DNA of 64,000 nt, from the NCBI RefSeq assembly GCF_009834535.1, contig NC_045696.1, forward strand, positions 19,222,001 to 19,286,000. The letters run 5' to 3'. The notes below the pieces were generated by a model that saw nothing but the letters and a program-made list of their open reading frames with translations, did no database searches and was not told the origin of the DNA. A program made the position numbers and the translations under genes. This DNA comes from Camelus ferus (lineage: Eukaryota). Of this stretch, positions 24,330 to 36,020 are shown piece after piece (positions within the stretch are counted from its first letter, which is position 1; the number at the start of each line of letters is the position of its first letter).

Positions 24330-24700
24330 TTTACTTTCTCCAATCTTCAAAAATAATTCTTCATATCTAATCAGTAATCAGATTCAGCTGATTATAAGGT
24401 CTTAATATTTTTTGTGTCTGCTCTCCATACCAGAGTTGGGTATTATCTGAGTTAATATTACCAGCTACATATACATTGACCTCTCAGCTTTTAATCTTTT
24501 TCTCCTCGAAATTTTCTTTCTAAAATGTAAATCCAGACATGCTATGTCCTGCATTGTCTTTTGTAACTTTTAATCACCTTCAATATCAACTCTAAACTTC
24601 ATAAAATGGGATATACATGCACCTCTAACCTGAGATTTCAGATTTTGCCTCTGGCCTCTCTTTTACTATGTCCTATCTAGGACTTCCTACTTCAGCTATT
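24330..24700 (+). mobile_element. L2 fragment
   Basis: TTTCTAAAATGTAAATCCAGACATGCTATGTCCTGC..TCTAAACTTC.. L2 3'-region pattern. Confidence 0.5.
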
Positions 24701-26771
24701 CTAAATCATAGAGCATGAAGCTTGGCCAGTGAGGCAGATGGAGCTGGAAGGATGCAAGGTGGGGATGAGGCAGGAATAGGCAGCTTCCAATGCAAAAGCA
24801 TATGGTGAGCAGGCATCAAGATTAACAACCAGAGTGACATAATGGCACCTGCATTCGGGGTACATGTCTGATTCATACTCTGCACTATGGTTGGCACATA
24901 GTAATATTCTACTCATGTTATATACATTAGTAAATAACAGAATGAAGGAAGCAATGGGTTATATTCTTTATTATGGTCATTATGAAACTGGGAGAATATT
25001 GTAAATAGAGTTCATGTCAACTCTTACTATAATGTGAAATCATGCTGTAAATGATGAAAAGTCAATTTCCAAGCACTAGGTCAGGCACTTTCTGCACAAT
25101 GGAAAAAAAATGATCTATAAAGCAACTTGCTTGTATGTTTCATTAATCAGTTATTTAAATCTATCCTATATACATATCATCAGAAGATGTGTGTGCTCTA
25201 ACCTTCCTATTAAAGGAAAATATTTCAAGCTTAATAGGTAATCAGGAGCCAGGCACAATACTTTTCACTTAAACACTTGCTTGTGAATGGATAACATGAA
25301 TTCTCCTGCATACAACACTAAAAGACTGCAGTAGAAATTCAAAAACAAGTTTTGGGACTATTCCATTCAATTCAGATACATACTCTATTTTAAACATTTT
25401 AAAGCATATTCATATTACATGGTTATCTTAGTTATATATGAAGATAGGGGCACGGAAGAGTGGGAAAGGCAGGGTGGGAGAAGCTGGTGGAGATAAAATG
25501 ACATAGATAAGTTAGGAATATTTATTTTCTGTAGTTAGGACCTGAAAGGAGACATAAATAACATCAGGATACAAAGAAACAAAGTTTTTTCCTGAAAAAA
25601 ATGATGCACATTTTTCTCTATTATTTTTCATAAATAGGATTCTCTAAGTGAAACATGAAAGGGCCATTGAATGCAAATTATAACAGAGAAATAATTTGCT
25701 TTAATGCTTCGTATAAAGATTAGAATTCTGTCCCAAATTAGGCTTTACACAATTGGATGGTGGACAAGAGGTGGAATCCTTACCCACAACACTATAATTG
25801 CAGATTCAACATGGAAGCTGTGCTTCCAGGAGAAGCATGAACAGCTCTAGCTTGCTGGTTACAGTTTTGCAGATATTGACCCTCCAGTGAAAATTAACTT
25901 TAGTGACACAGTATTTCCACTGATGCAAAACCCCTATAAGTCCCAGAATCACCTAATTCTAGTCATAACTACTATCCATCCTGAAGACTGGAAGACATTT
26001 ATCATCTTCTGCTGTGCTTTTCTCATTGTGAAGTGACACAGTTTTAGGTGCTATAGCACATGAACTGTTTGCTGTCAGGGTGCCTGTGAATGTGATCATT
26101 CTACCAAAATTCAGTCATCCCTGGAGAGACTTGGAGAGATGGAAATAGTTGCCATCCCACAGAGAATTTGAGATTGATCCATTCAATTTACTGTACAAAA
26201 ACACAATGTGTGGGATTATCATATACCCCGCTTTGAATTTTCTTATGTTTAATGCAAATCTGTGTAGTCAACAGTTCAACATAGAAAATGCCTATTTACC
26301 TACAAATAAAGTCTCCATCTTGGTGCTTTCAAGCATTGAAAAAAAATATATATATGCACACACATGTATATATGTGTGTGTATATTTTTAAAATTTATTT
26401 ACCTAGGCTATTTTACATAGTTGCATAGCCTGAAGGCCAATGCAGCTTTCAATGCCACGTTGAAAGTCAAGCTATTCAACAGATATATTAAGAAGGCTGA
26501 CTTATCTAAAATAGCTTAAATATGACTCAGGAAGAACAATGTTTATCTGTGGTTCAAACCCCCTTTGATTATTGATTCTTGTTGAGTTTTTTCTAATAGA
26601 AAGTTTCATTTTCATTCTTTTCCTAGCAATTTGATGAATGTAGTGTTTGGGGCATTTTTTAAAAACATAGCTTTTAGTGCATTCCGGAAATAAACTGTAC
26701 TTGTTGATCTGGAATGTTCCAAGAGTGGAGACTTTCAAAAGATTTAGATATGACCTATTGGTATATCTCAT

Positions 26772-27373
26772 TGTGGCAGACCACCCTGGGGGGACCTTCA
26801 ATAATTTCCACCTCCTGATGTTCACACCTTTGTATATTCCCTTCTCTTTGGGTGCAATGGGATCTGTGACTTGCTTCTAATAAATGTGACAGAGGTGAAG
26901 GAATATTACTCCTGGGCTTAGGTTACACACATAATATGGCAGAGATAGTGGTATATCTTCCCCATGTTTTTAGCAGGCTGAAAAGAAAGATCCATGCTGG
27001 ATTTGAAAGTGAATAGCCATTTTTGAGAGGGTCTCTGGAGAGGGTCATGTGACAAGAAACTACAGACAGCACCCAAGAACTGAGAGCAGTCCCTGGGTGG
27101 CAGCCAGCTAGAAAACAGGAAGGTCAGTCCTACAGACGCAAGGAGATAAATTCTGCCAACGATCTGAGTCTGGAAGTGGTTCTTGTCCTGGTAGAGACTC
27201 CGATGAAAATACATCCATGGCTGGCACGTGGATTGTGGCTTGATGAGACAGAAACTCTTATTTATCAATTTCTGATTTACATATTTCTGATTTATAGAAA
27301 CTGTGAGATACTAAATGTTGTTTTAAAACACTAAATTTGTGATAATTTGTTACACAACATAGCAATTAATACA
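26772..27373 (+). mobile_element. Complete MaLR solo LTR (MLT1E-like) with perfect 5-bp TSD
   Basis: TGTGGCAGAC...CTAAATTTGTGATAATTTGTTACACAACATAGCAATTAATACA, flanked by CTCAT at 26767-26771 and 27374-27378. Confidence 0.9.
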
Positions 27374-27614
27374 CTCATACATGAGTATGTGTCTGTAGCT
27401 TCCATAGAATAAATACCACAATACATTGGAACCGTATGAAACCAGCCACGATTTTTTTTTAAACTGCTATATTTAGAAGTTATTTAATAGTTCAAGGAGA
27501 AATATTTAACAAGAAAATTATTTCATTTTTATATTTTGTGCCCTGGATCCATTAAAATGAGCATCAAAGTAGGCTGGAGAAAAAGCGCTATTCTCCCCTG
27601 ACTTACAGTCCTTA

Positions 27615-27870
27615 AATGCTATGGTTCTAAATCAGTATCATCAATCAGAATCATCAGTGAAAGTTATTAAAAAGCTTCAAGAATGATTAAAACTGATTCT
27701 CAACCCCTTCGTATTTGGGCCAACTGAATATATATCTCCATATTCTCTATCTTTAGACACTTCGGCGAGGGAGCAAGTAAGAATTGGGATGGCTCCTCAA
27801 ATGAAAGTAGCCTTTTTAAGGACTGCAAAGGGAAATCCGATGCACACTCCTAATTAGCAGCCACTAGTTT
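27615..27870. mobile_element. MER5-like hAT MITE
   Basis: ATGGTTCTAAA..ATCAGAATCA..AATCCGATGCACACTCC..AGCCACTAGTTTAA. Confidence 0.5.
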
Positions 27871-27874
27871 AATG

Positions 27875-28360
27875 GCCTTCTGGTTCCTGCAAGACAAATA
27901 TGGTCTGACATTCAAGGCTGTTCACAGTAGGAATCTAATTCCCTTCCTAACATCCTGCCTTGCATTCCGGATGCACTAAAATGTTCTGTTCTCCAAAAAG
28001 ACAGTGAAATCTAATGTCATTTGGTCTATGATGTACCTGTAATGCCCTTTTCCTACTTTGTCACCTAGCCAGTTTCTTCAGTTCTTTCAAGCATGACTCC
28101 CTAGGCCTGCGTCAATGGACACTCCTTTCACTCTGCAAACTTGCTGCCGAGTGCATACTTCTTTTAGCACAAAGGCTGTTGTACAGTGACTTGTACATAT
28201 ATTTATCTTTTTCATTAAACAACTATTTTTTAGCTAAGGGTCAGTCTCATTCATTTTTAATATGGCCAGTACTTTAAATATATTTTATATTTATATATAT
28301 ATGTAATATAGTAAATTTCTATGTAGTAAGCACTGTATAGATAGATAATCATTGAATCAA
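27875..28360 (+). mobile_element. L2 3' fragment
   Basis: CTGACATTCAAGGCTGTTCACAGT..GTAATGCCCTTTTCC..GTTCTTTCAAG L2 pattern. Confidence 0.55.
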
Positions 28361-28439
28361 TAGATTTAATTTGAAGATGTCTTTACAAAAATAATGAGTC
28401 CTTCAGAGGAAGCTTTTACTCCATAGTAATTTCCAGAAA

Positions 28440-28948
28440 TGGAATGGTTTACTTTGCCTGTCAGTTTGGATAAGCTATAGTACTCAGTTCTTCAATCATA
28501 CACTAGTCTAGATTTTGTTATAAAGGTAGCTGTGGATGCTGTTAACATTTACACTCAGTTGACTTAGTAAAGCAGATTACCCTCTATAATGTAGGTGGGC
28601 CTTATTTAATTAGTTGAAGAGCTTAGCAGAAAAGATTGAATTTTCCTGAAGAAGAATCAATTCTTCCAACACTACTGCAGCATACAAACCTTGCCTGAGT
28701 TTCCAGACTGCTGGTACATCCATCAATTTTTGCATGCAAGACTGCAGTATTAACTGTTACATGAATTTCCAGTCTGCTAGCTAATACTGCAAATTTCAAA
28801 CATAACAGCCCTCCCACAATTGCTTGATCCAATTGCTTAAAATAAATCTTTCTTTAGGCCAATTTATAGACAATAGAGAGAGAGAGAGAAGTAGATAGAA
28901 ATATCTCTCTTAATGGTTCTGTTTCTCTGGAGAACTCTGATTAATACA
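28440..28948 (+). mobile_element. ERVL solo LTR (MLT2D/B-like)
   Basis: GTAAAGCAGATTACCCTCTATAATGTAGGTGGGCCTTATTTAATTAGTTGAAG and the terminus GGTTCTGTTTCTCTGGAGAACTCTGATTAATACA. Confidence 0.9.
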
Positions 28949-29440
28949 GTAAATAAATTTTGATTGATGACGGCTTAATATTTACCCTGTCCTGAAAATG
29001 ATCACCTCAACAGGATAAGTAGATGCATATTATCCTGAATCATCATAGGATTTTGAATCATAAGTAGGATTTATCCTTTGAAATATTTTTTAAACTTTCT
29101 TTTTCAGTGAAAGCAAAGTGAAAATGTCATATCTGTAAAATTTGCCATGGTTAAAAGAGGAAAAATATAAAGGCAAGGTAAATCTTACTTCTTCGCTTTC
29201 CTTAATGTATCCATAATAATGTCTAAATCTAAGCCTTGGTTTAGATAGAGGATTAGATGACCTAAGGATGTCGTAATGAAATAAAATGCTTTTAAAAAGC
29301 TTTTTGATTGATTTATGGGCAGGAATTTTTTATACCTTTGCAATGTATTTTTTGGCAGGATTCTTTTATGAAATTAAAAGCAAATAATTATTCCTTTTAA
29401 TAGATATATGTCCTGTAAAAATACTCAGAGCAATAGAGGT

Positions 29441-29930
29441 TGCAGTCTGCAGAGAAATGCACCCCTCCAAAAAAAGATGTTTACCTTCTAATCACCAGAA
29501 TTTGGTATTGTTTCCTCTCTATGGGAAAAGGGATGTTGCAAATGTGGTTAAGTTTCTTGAGATGTTTAGATTAGCCTGAGCCCAGTTTAGTTACATGAAT
29601 CCTTAAAAATGGCAGCAGCTTTCTCATGTGTGGTCAGAAAGAGACATGACTAAGGGAGAATGGTGAGACAAACACAAAGGCGTTGGCTTTGAAAATGAAG
29701 GAAGTTGGCCAGGCACTAAGGAACATGGATGGCCTCTAGAAGCTGGAAAAGATGAGGAAACAGATTCTCCCCAGAGCCTCCAGAACAAAATGCAGTAGGT
29801 GTTGACACCTTAATCTTAGCACAGTGAGGCCCAGGTCAGACTTCTACAGAAATGTGGAATAATAAATGTGTGCTGTTGTAAGCCACCGAGTTTGTGGTAA
29901 TTTATCATGGCATCATTAAAAAATTATATA
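29441..29930 (+). mobile_element. MaLR solo LTR (MLT1D/C-like)
   Basis: GCCTCTAGAAGCTGGAAAAGATGAGGAAACAGATTCTCCCCAGAGCCTCCAGAA..TAAGCCACCGAGTTTGTGGTAATTT; near-TSD GAGGT/GAGGC. Confidence 0.9.
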
Positions 29931-30669
29931 GAGGCCTTCAAAGTAATTGTGATATGAAGACATATCCATAAAGTTTAAATATAAATGAAGAAACACAAGG
30001 TTAAATTCTAAAGTAATTTTCCTATATTCTGCAACATTGAGATCCCAAAATGAGTGACTTATTTGTTCTATTAAGAGTCCGTCTAGAACTTCCATTTCTC
30101 TGCATAGTTCAAGGAACATCATCTAGCACTTGAGGTCACACCACTGATATCTTACTACCAGCAAGCAATTGTGGGGACAATTCAGATGGTTTAGTTGGTG
30201 ACTGTGCACAGCCTCAACTTCTGTATTATTTTCATGAAGTAGACCTCAGTTCAGAGCCGTAGCCAACTTATTTGCTGCATGAGGCCTTATTTGAGGAAAG
30301 AAAAATTTCAGACTTCATAATACTGTCTCCCTCCTTAGCCTACCATGGGCTGAAATTCTTGTCCTTCATGTTTCTAAAAAGTAGTTTTGCAATGGCATTG
30401 TCTCCCATGGGCCAGAGGTGTAATTTCCAAAGTGAAAAGATAATTTAAAAAGTGAATTCATGTAGATGCACAAGAAGTAAGTGGAGCTGCTAAAGAATGA
30501 TACAGAGGACAGCCAATTTTTCAAAACTGTCTCAATTTTATGAAAATAAGATAAAGAGATTTCTTGACTCTGAGCACTGAATGAATGACTAAACTAGGAG
30601 TTTTTCAATGAAGAACTGTTGTTCTAAGCTGCTCTGTTTCCTAAATAGGGGCAGATGAGTCAAGGAAAG

Positions 30670-30770
30670 ATACCGATAAAATGGAGATAATTTCTGTCCT
30701 AGCGCAGGGTGATTACGAGGATAAAATTAGATAAAGAAAAAAATGTGAAATAAAATACATGTGGAAAGAC
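30670..30770 (+). mobile_element. MIR fragment
   Basis: TAAAATGGAGATAAT..CAGGGTGATTACGAGGATAAAATTAGATAA. Confidence 0.55.
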
Positions 30771-31015
30771 AACATTTAATTAAAAACAACAAAGCTACTT
30801 AAGAGAAGCAGAGAGGAAAGAAAAATACATCTTTTGTAATGGTAATTTATAAAAAAAAATTGAAAGGATTCAATAGTAAAAATAGCTCTGAAGCATTTTC
30901 TTCTTTAAAAAACTTTTGGTTCAGTCTTTTAAATATTGAGAATTTGAAAACAACCAATTGCCACCATGCTCTTTGCAATGTTACCTTTTGATACTCTTTA
31001 AAGCTACCTGAGAAC

Positions 31016-31358
31016 CAGCATCGTCCAATAAAACAAAATGGCAGACACATATTCAATTTTAAGTTTCTAGCAGCTACATTAAAAAGGTTAAAAAAGGTGA
31101 AGTTAATATAAATGATATATTTTAGTTAATCTACCATATCCAAAATATTTTTTCAATGTGGAATCAATACTAAAATTACTACTAATGTATTTCATCCTTT
31201 CTTTTTACTATGTCTATAAAATATGGTGTGCAGATTGTATTTTGCAGTCAAATGCTCTACCCCTGAGCTATACCCTCCCAGACTGCATTTTGAACTAGCC
31301 ACCTTTCAAGTGCCTAATAACCACATGTGGTTAGTGGTTACTATATTAGAAAGAATAG
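31016..31358. mobile_element. hAT-Charlie MITE (MER33/MER3 family)
   Basis: CAGCATCGTCCAATA... and CTAGCCACCTTTCAAGTGCCTAATAACCACATGTGGTTAGTGGTTACTATATTAGA termini. Confidence 0.85.
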
Positions 31359-32241
31359 TTCTAAATGTGATGCTTTTACCATCCTTAGTTAAGGGAAAAG
31401 AAAAAAAATGCACTTGCCATCCAGTGCAAAAGTTTATCCACTTGATTTCTCAGAAAATAACTTGATACACTCTCATATAGTGATTATCAATCCGTATTGG
31501 AGTTATGAGCACTGACTTTCCGTCACAGCTTCACAGCTTCAACCAGAACCATCTCAATTTATTCCAATTTGTTACTTTATGTTTCTACCTCATTCTTTTT
31601 GAATACATTTTCTTTTATTAAAAAAAAAGAAACTCAAACAATAATGTTTAAAGGCAGTGATCACAAAATAGAACCCATAAGCAGAAAGAAACACATGGAT
31701 ATCATATACTTTGGACCTGGACAATATTTTTATTATTATTTTTTACATGAACAGGTACATTTGTAGCTTCTTAAAACATGACACAGTCCTTGCATGCCCA
31801 TTCCACAGACATTCACACACTCCTCTGCACCAAGTATCTTGTACTAACTCTCAATATTTATTTGTGTCACTTACCAGTTTCCTGTAGAAAATGAATTTTT
31901 AATTTGTGCTCTAATTAATTTAATTAGAGGTAGCTCACAAGACCAGACACCCAGAATATCTGCTCATATACAAAGAAAGTCTTCAAATAGTTTTTTTATC
32001 CAAGTACTTGAATAATAGTAAACACTACTGTTTAATTGGTCAGGAAATCTCAAATTTTATCACAACCAAACATGAATCCCCTTATAAACAATTCTGATAG
32101 GGGTACCAAAGATAGTGATCCAGATATATGCATCAGATTTTAAATGAACACTAAGTAAAACAATGTCATTTACCATCTAATATTACTTGATAAACTGAAT
32201 TGATAAAATCAAAGAAAAATAATTGTCACTTAAAGGTAAAA

Positions 32242-33172
32242 AGAATGACGGTCTCTAGGTCCATCCATGTTGCTGCAAATGGCACTATTTTATTTCTTTT
32301 TAATGGCTGCGTAGTATTCCATTGTTTAAATATACCACAACTTATTTATCCAGTCATCTGTCAATGGACGTTTAGGCTGTTTTCATGTTTTGGCTATTGT
32401 ATACAGTGCTGCTCTGAACACTGAGGTGCATGTATCTTTTTGCATTTGAGTTCCCTCTGTATATATACCCAGAAGTCAGATTGCTAGATCATATGGTAAG
32501 TCTATTTTTAGTTTTTTGAGGAATTTCTATACTATTTTCCATAATGGCTGCACTAAAGTACATTGCCACCAGCAGTGTAAGAGTATTCTCTTTTCTCCAC
32601 ATCCTCTCCAGAATTTATCACTCATGGACTTTTGAATGATGGCCATTCTGACTGGAGTGAGGTGATAACTCATTGTAGTTTTGATTTGCATTTCTTTGAT
32701 AATTACTGATACTGAATACTTTTCATGCGCTTATTGGTCATTTGTATGTCTTCACTGGAGAATTACTTGTGTCATTCTAAGTGAAGTAAGCCAGAAAGAG
32801 AAAGAAAAACACCATATGATATCACTTATATGTGGAATCTAAAAAAAAAGAAAAAAAAGAACGCATGAACTCATCTACAGAACAGAAACTGACTTACAGA
32901 CATAGTAAACAATCTTATGGTTACCGGCTGGGAAGGGATAAATTTGGGAGTTTGAGATTTGCAAATGTTAGCCACTATATATAAAAATAGATTTAAAAAA
33001 AGTTTCTTCTGTATAGTACAGGGAACTATATTCAATATCTTGTAATAACCTTTAATGCAAAACAATACAGAAAATGAATATATGTATGCATATGCATGAC
33101 TGGGACGTTGTACTGTACACCAGAAATTGACTCATTGTAACTGACTGTACTTTAATTTAAAAAATTAAAAAC
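32242..33172 (+). mobile_element. 5'-inverted L1 insertion: antisense 32242-32770, sense 3' end 32771-33172 with A-rich tail
   Basis: Antisense piece begins AGAATGACGGTCTCTAGGTCCATCCATG, sense piece begins GTCATTCTAAGTGAAGTAAGCC; these are adjacent positions of the L1 3' region. Confidence 0.92.
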
Positions 33173-34114
33173 ATAAAGACTAGAAGAATAAAAGCAGGAT
33201 GTTCACAAATCCCAAATCTACAAATTTCATCCATTCTCAGTCCTTTCTACAGGTGTCTGAATAGCACACGGTCTAAAGGTTAGAAGTCTATATCTGTCCA
33301 ATAAGTTGAATAAGTTCTGTTTAATTAGTAAGGGTTGTTTTTACAGAATTCTACCCTGAAGGCTATTCTTTTCAGACTAGCCTTTTAAAATATCCACTCA
33401 AGTAGAAAAAGAAGTAAAGCATTTCTTTGTGAAAGACTAAACAAGCAATGATTTGAAAAAGTAGAATTAATTAATTTTGCTTATGCTCAAATGTTGTAAG
33501 GTAACTGCAGATAAATTTTTGCAGTTACTTAACTAAGTTTCTTGTGAACATGTGACCTGTTTGTTCATGTGTAATGCCATGTGACCTACATTTCTTGTCA
33601 TATTAAATATGCGCTGACAAAATTTAAAAAAAACAAACAGCACTCTCTTATGAGCTATACTATTTTGACGTAGTTCTGAAAAAGACAAGGATGTTTCCAG
33701 AAGTAAGAAAATAATTCATGGTCTAAGCAAACAATAGCAAATAGACACTTTCCTTTGGTGATCTTTTCTCTCCTTTTTAAATGACGTCTCCCACTTAGAA
33801 ATCCCTCATTTCTACCAGCACCTAACTGCCAATCATCCCAAGTTTTATTTATTTTACTTATCTAAATCATTCATTATCTCCTTTCCTTTAGTTTCGGAAA
33901 TTATAGTTTTGTTTTGTTTTGTTCTTTAGATTTGAAGTTTAGTATCTCCATCTATACCCTTCATCCTAAAATATCTCATCGCCTTCAGGTCATACATTTT
34001 ATTATCTCATTTATTTTCTTATATTTTCAAATTATTTTTCTCTCTACATTCTTTTTTTGGCATAGTCTTATCCATATTACATTTCTGTTCCCTAGCTAGG
34101 AAATGACAGTCTTA

Positions 34115-34292
34115 TCTATAATAATGGTGGGTACCCAAACTGGGCTGGATGTTGGGCTCACCTGGGGATTACAGCTGCTACCAAAGATTCTGAATTAATT
34201 GTAAGGGGTGTGAACTCTGTACCAAGAGTCTTAAAAGTTGTTCCCAGATGATTCCAATTAAAAAAAAAAAAAGTTTGAGTATAATTTTGTAG
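34115..34292. mobile_element. MER5-like hAT MITE
   Basis: GATTCTGAATTAATTG..GGGGTGTG..TTAAAAG..CCCAGATGATTCCAAT..AAGTTTGAG. Confidence 0.6.
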
Positions 34293-34349
34293 CCAGAACC
34301 TGATTCATCTTTTATTTATGCTCTAACTACACTAGTCGTTGCAATTAAA

Positions 34350-35060
34350 AACAACAAAAATGTCCTGTTAATCTCACTTGTTAACTATCTGTCAAATTTA
34401 TTTCCTCTATATATTCACATTATCATTTCTTTATTTGAGGAATTCATCATTTCTCAGGATTATTTTATTAATAAAATAATAATAATTTTATATTATTTTA
34501 TTAATAAAATTAATTTTACTAAACTTGATCTGCTTCCTGCTTAGTAAAACCTACAAACTGCCATCAGACTACTGTTTATAAATCACACCTGCTCAAAAAA
34601 CATTTGGAAATTCACTATTGTGTTCAGTATGAAGTCCAAATTCTTCAGCTGGATATATAAAACTTTACTTAATCTGGTACCTGCCTAGCTGTTCAGTCCT
34701 CTACTGGCGCATGCTCCCTCCATACCATGTTTTACCAACCTAATTCCTATGCTCCAACTGATTAGTGTAAATTCTTGGAATTTAAGCATTTAGCTAAAAG
34801 ATCAACTCCTCTATCCAATTATTCCACTTTTCAACTTTCCACTGCATAGTCCAACTCAAGTAGAATTGTTATTCTCTGCTTTTATGCCATAAATACACTT
34901 CTTGTCTTTTTGCATAAGATCTGTAAGTTTTTTTGCATTATTTCCTTATAGGTTTAGTTTCATTCCCTAGATTTTAAGCCCCTAAAAACCAGGGGCCATA
35001 TATCATTCATCTTTGTATTACACTTGTGTTCACTAAAGTGGTCATAGCTAGATGAATACA
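34350..35060 (+). mobile_element. L2 3' region
   Basis: AAATCACACCTGCTCAAAA..GTCCAAATTCTTCAGCTGG..CCTAGATTTTAAGCCCCTAAAAACCAGGGGCCATATATCATTCATCTTTGTA. Confidence 0.65.
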
Positions 35061-35286
35061 CAATATACCTTTTAAAATGTTAATTCCACTTCAGAAGAGA
35101 AAATATAATAGTGAAAAGTAATGATCTTCTAACGATGAAATTTCAGACATCAGGAAATGTTCTGTCAACGATATTCTCAAAATAGATGATAGTCTGCCCT
35201 CACCCATGTGTAAGTTGCACCTATACTTCATTCAATAAGGCCACATTATAACCTTCACGGGTTTCTTCACATAGAGGGTCTAGAAC

Positions 35287-35469
35287 AATTGTTCTCCAAG
35301 CGTGATCCCTGCAAGAGCGGCACCATTGACTCCTGAAAATTTGTTAGAAATGCAAATTCTTGGGCCTCTCTCCAGTCCTATTTAATCAGAAACTCTGGGG
35401 AGGAACCAGCAACCCATCTTTAAGTAGACCTTTCAACATTTGTAATGTCCCAAAGTTTGAGGACTACCG
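35287..35469 (+). mobile_element. MER5A hAT MITE
   Basis: TTGTTAGAAATGCAAATTCTTGGGCC..AATCAGAAACTCTGGGG..AAAGTTTGAGGACTACCG. Confidence 0.85.
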
Positions 35470-35544
35470 TTAAGGTCAAAGAAAGAGCTAATGTTTGTTG
35501 CCTGACTTATTTCTTCTTCCCTTTACATCATGTATGCTAACTGG

Positions 35545-35730
35545 GAAACCAAGTTCTAACTGTGAATTTGAGCCAACATGCATCATTTGGATAGCAGGAG
35601 GAAGTGGCTTAATCTTTTGAACCTAAATTTTCTCATTTACATGGCGGGGTAAAATATTGCCTACCTCCTAGTTGCTATGAATATTAAATGCGTTAATTCC
35701 TAGAAAACGCCTAACACAATTCATGGAGAA
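35545..35730 (+). mobile_element. MIR
   Basis: AAGTGGCTTAATCTTTTGAACCTAAATTTTCTCATT..CCTACCTCC..ATGAATATTAAATGCGTTAAT. Confidence 0.6.
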
Positions 35731-35859
35731 AATGCTTCGCACAACGCTTGCTTAGAAATTGTAGGTGTATTTTTTTTCCTTTTTGATACTATTGCTTCTA
35801 TTTCTACTATTATAGCTTCAGTGCTATTTTTAACATCACTACTACCATTATCATTAGTT

Positions 35860-36020
35860 TTACAGTCCTTAAAAAACAGCTGTGAAGTGTTATATTTAGT
35901 CTCATATTAAGAGAGGTGGAAACAGGCTGGAAGAGGTAGATTAATAAGATCACAAAGCAATTATGAAGTGAAAGCAGAATTAAACAATAAGTCAGTCTGA
36001 CAAAACTAGAGAACACAATT
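35860..36020 (-). mobile_element. MIR
   Basis: AACAGCTGTGAAGT..GAGGTGGAAACAGGCTGGAAGAGG..AAGATCACAAAGC. Confidence 0.55.
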
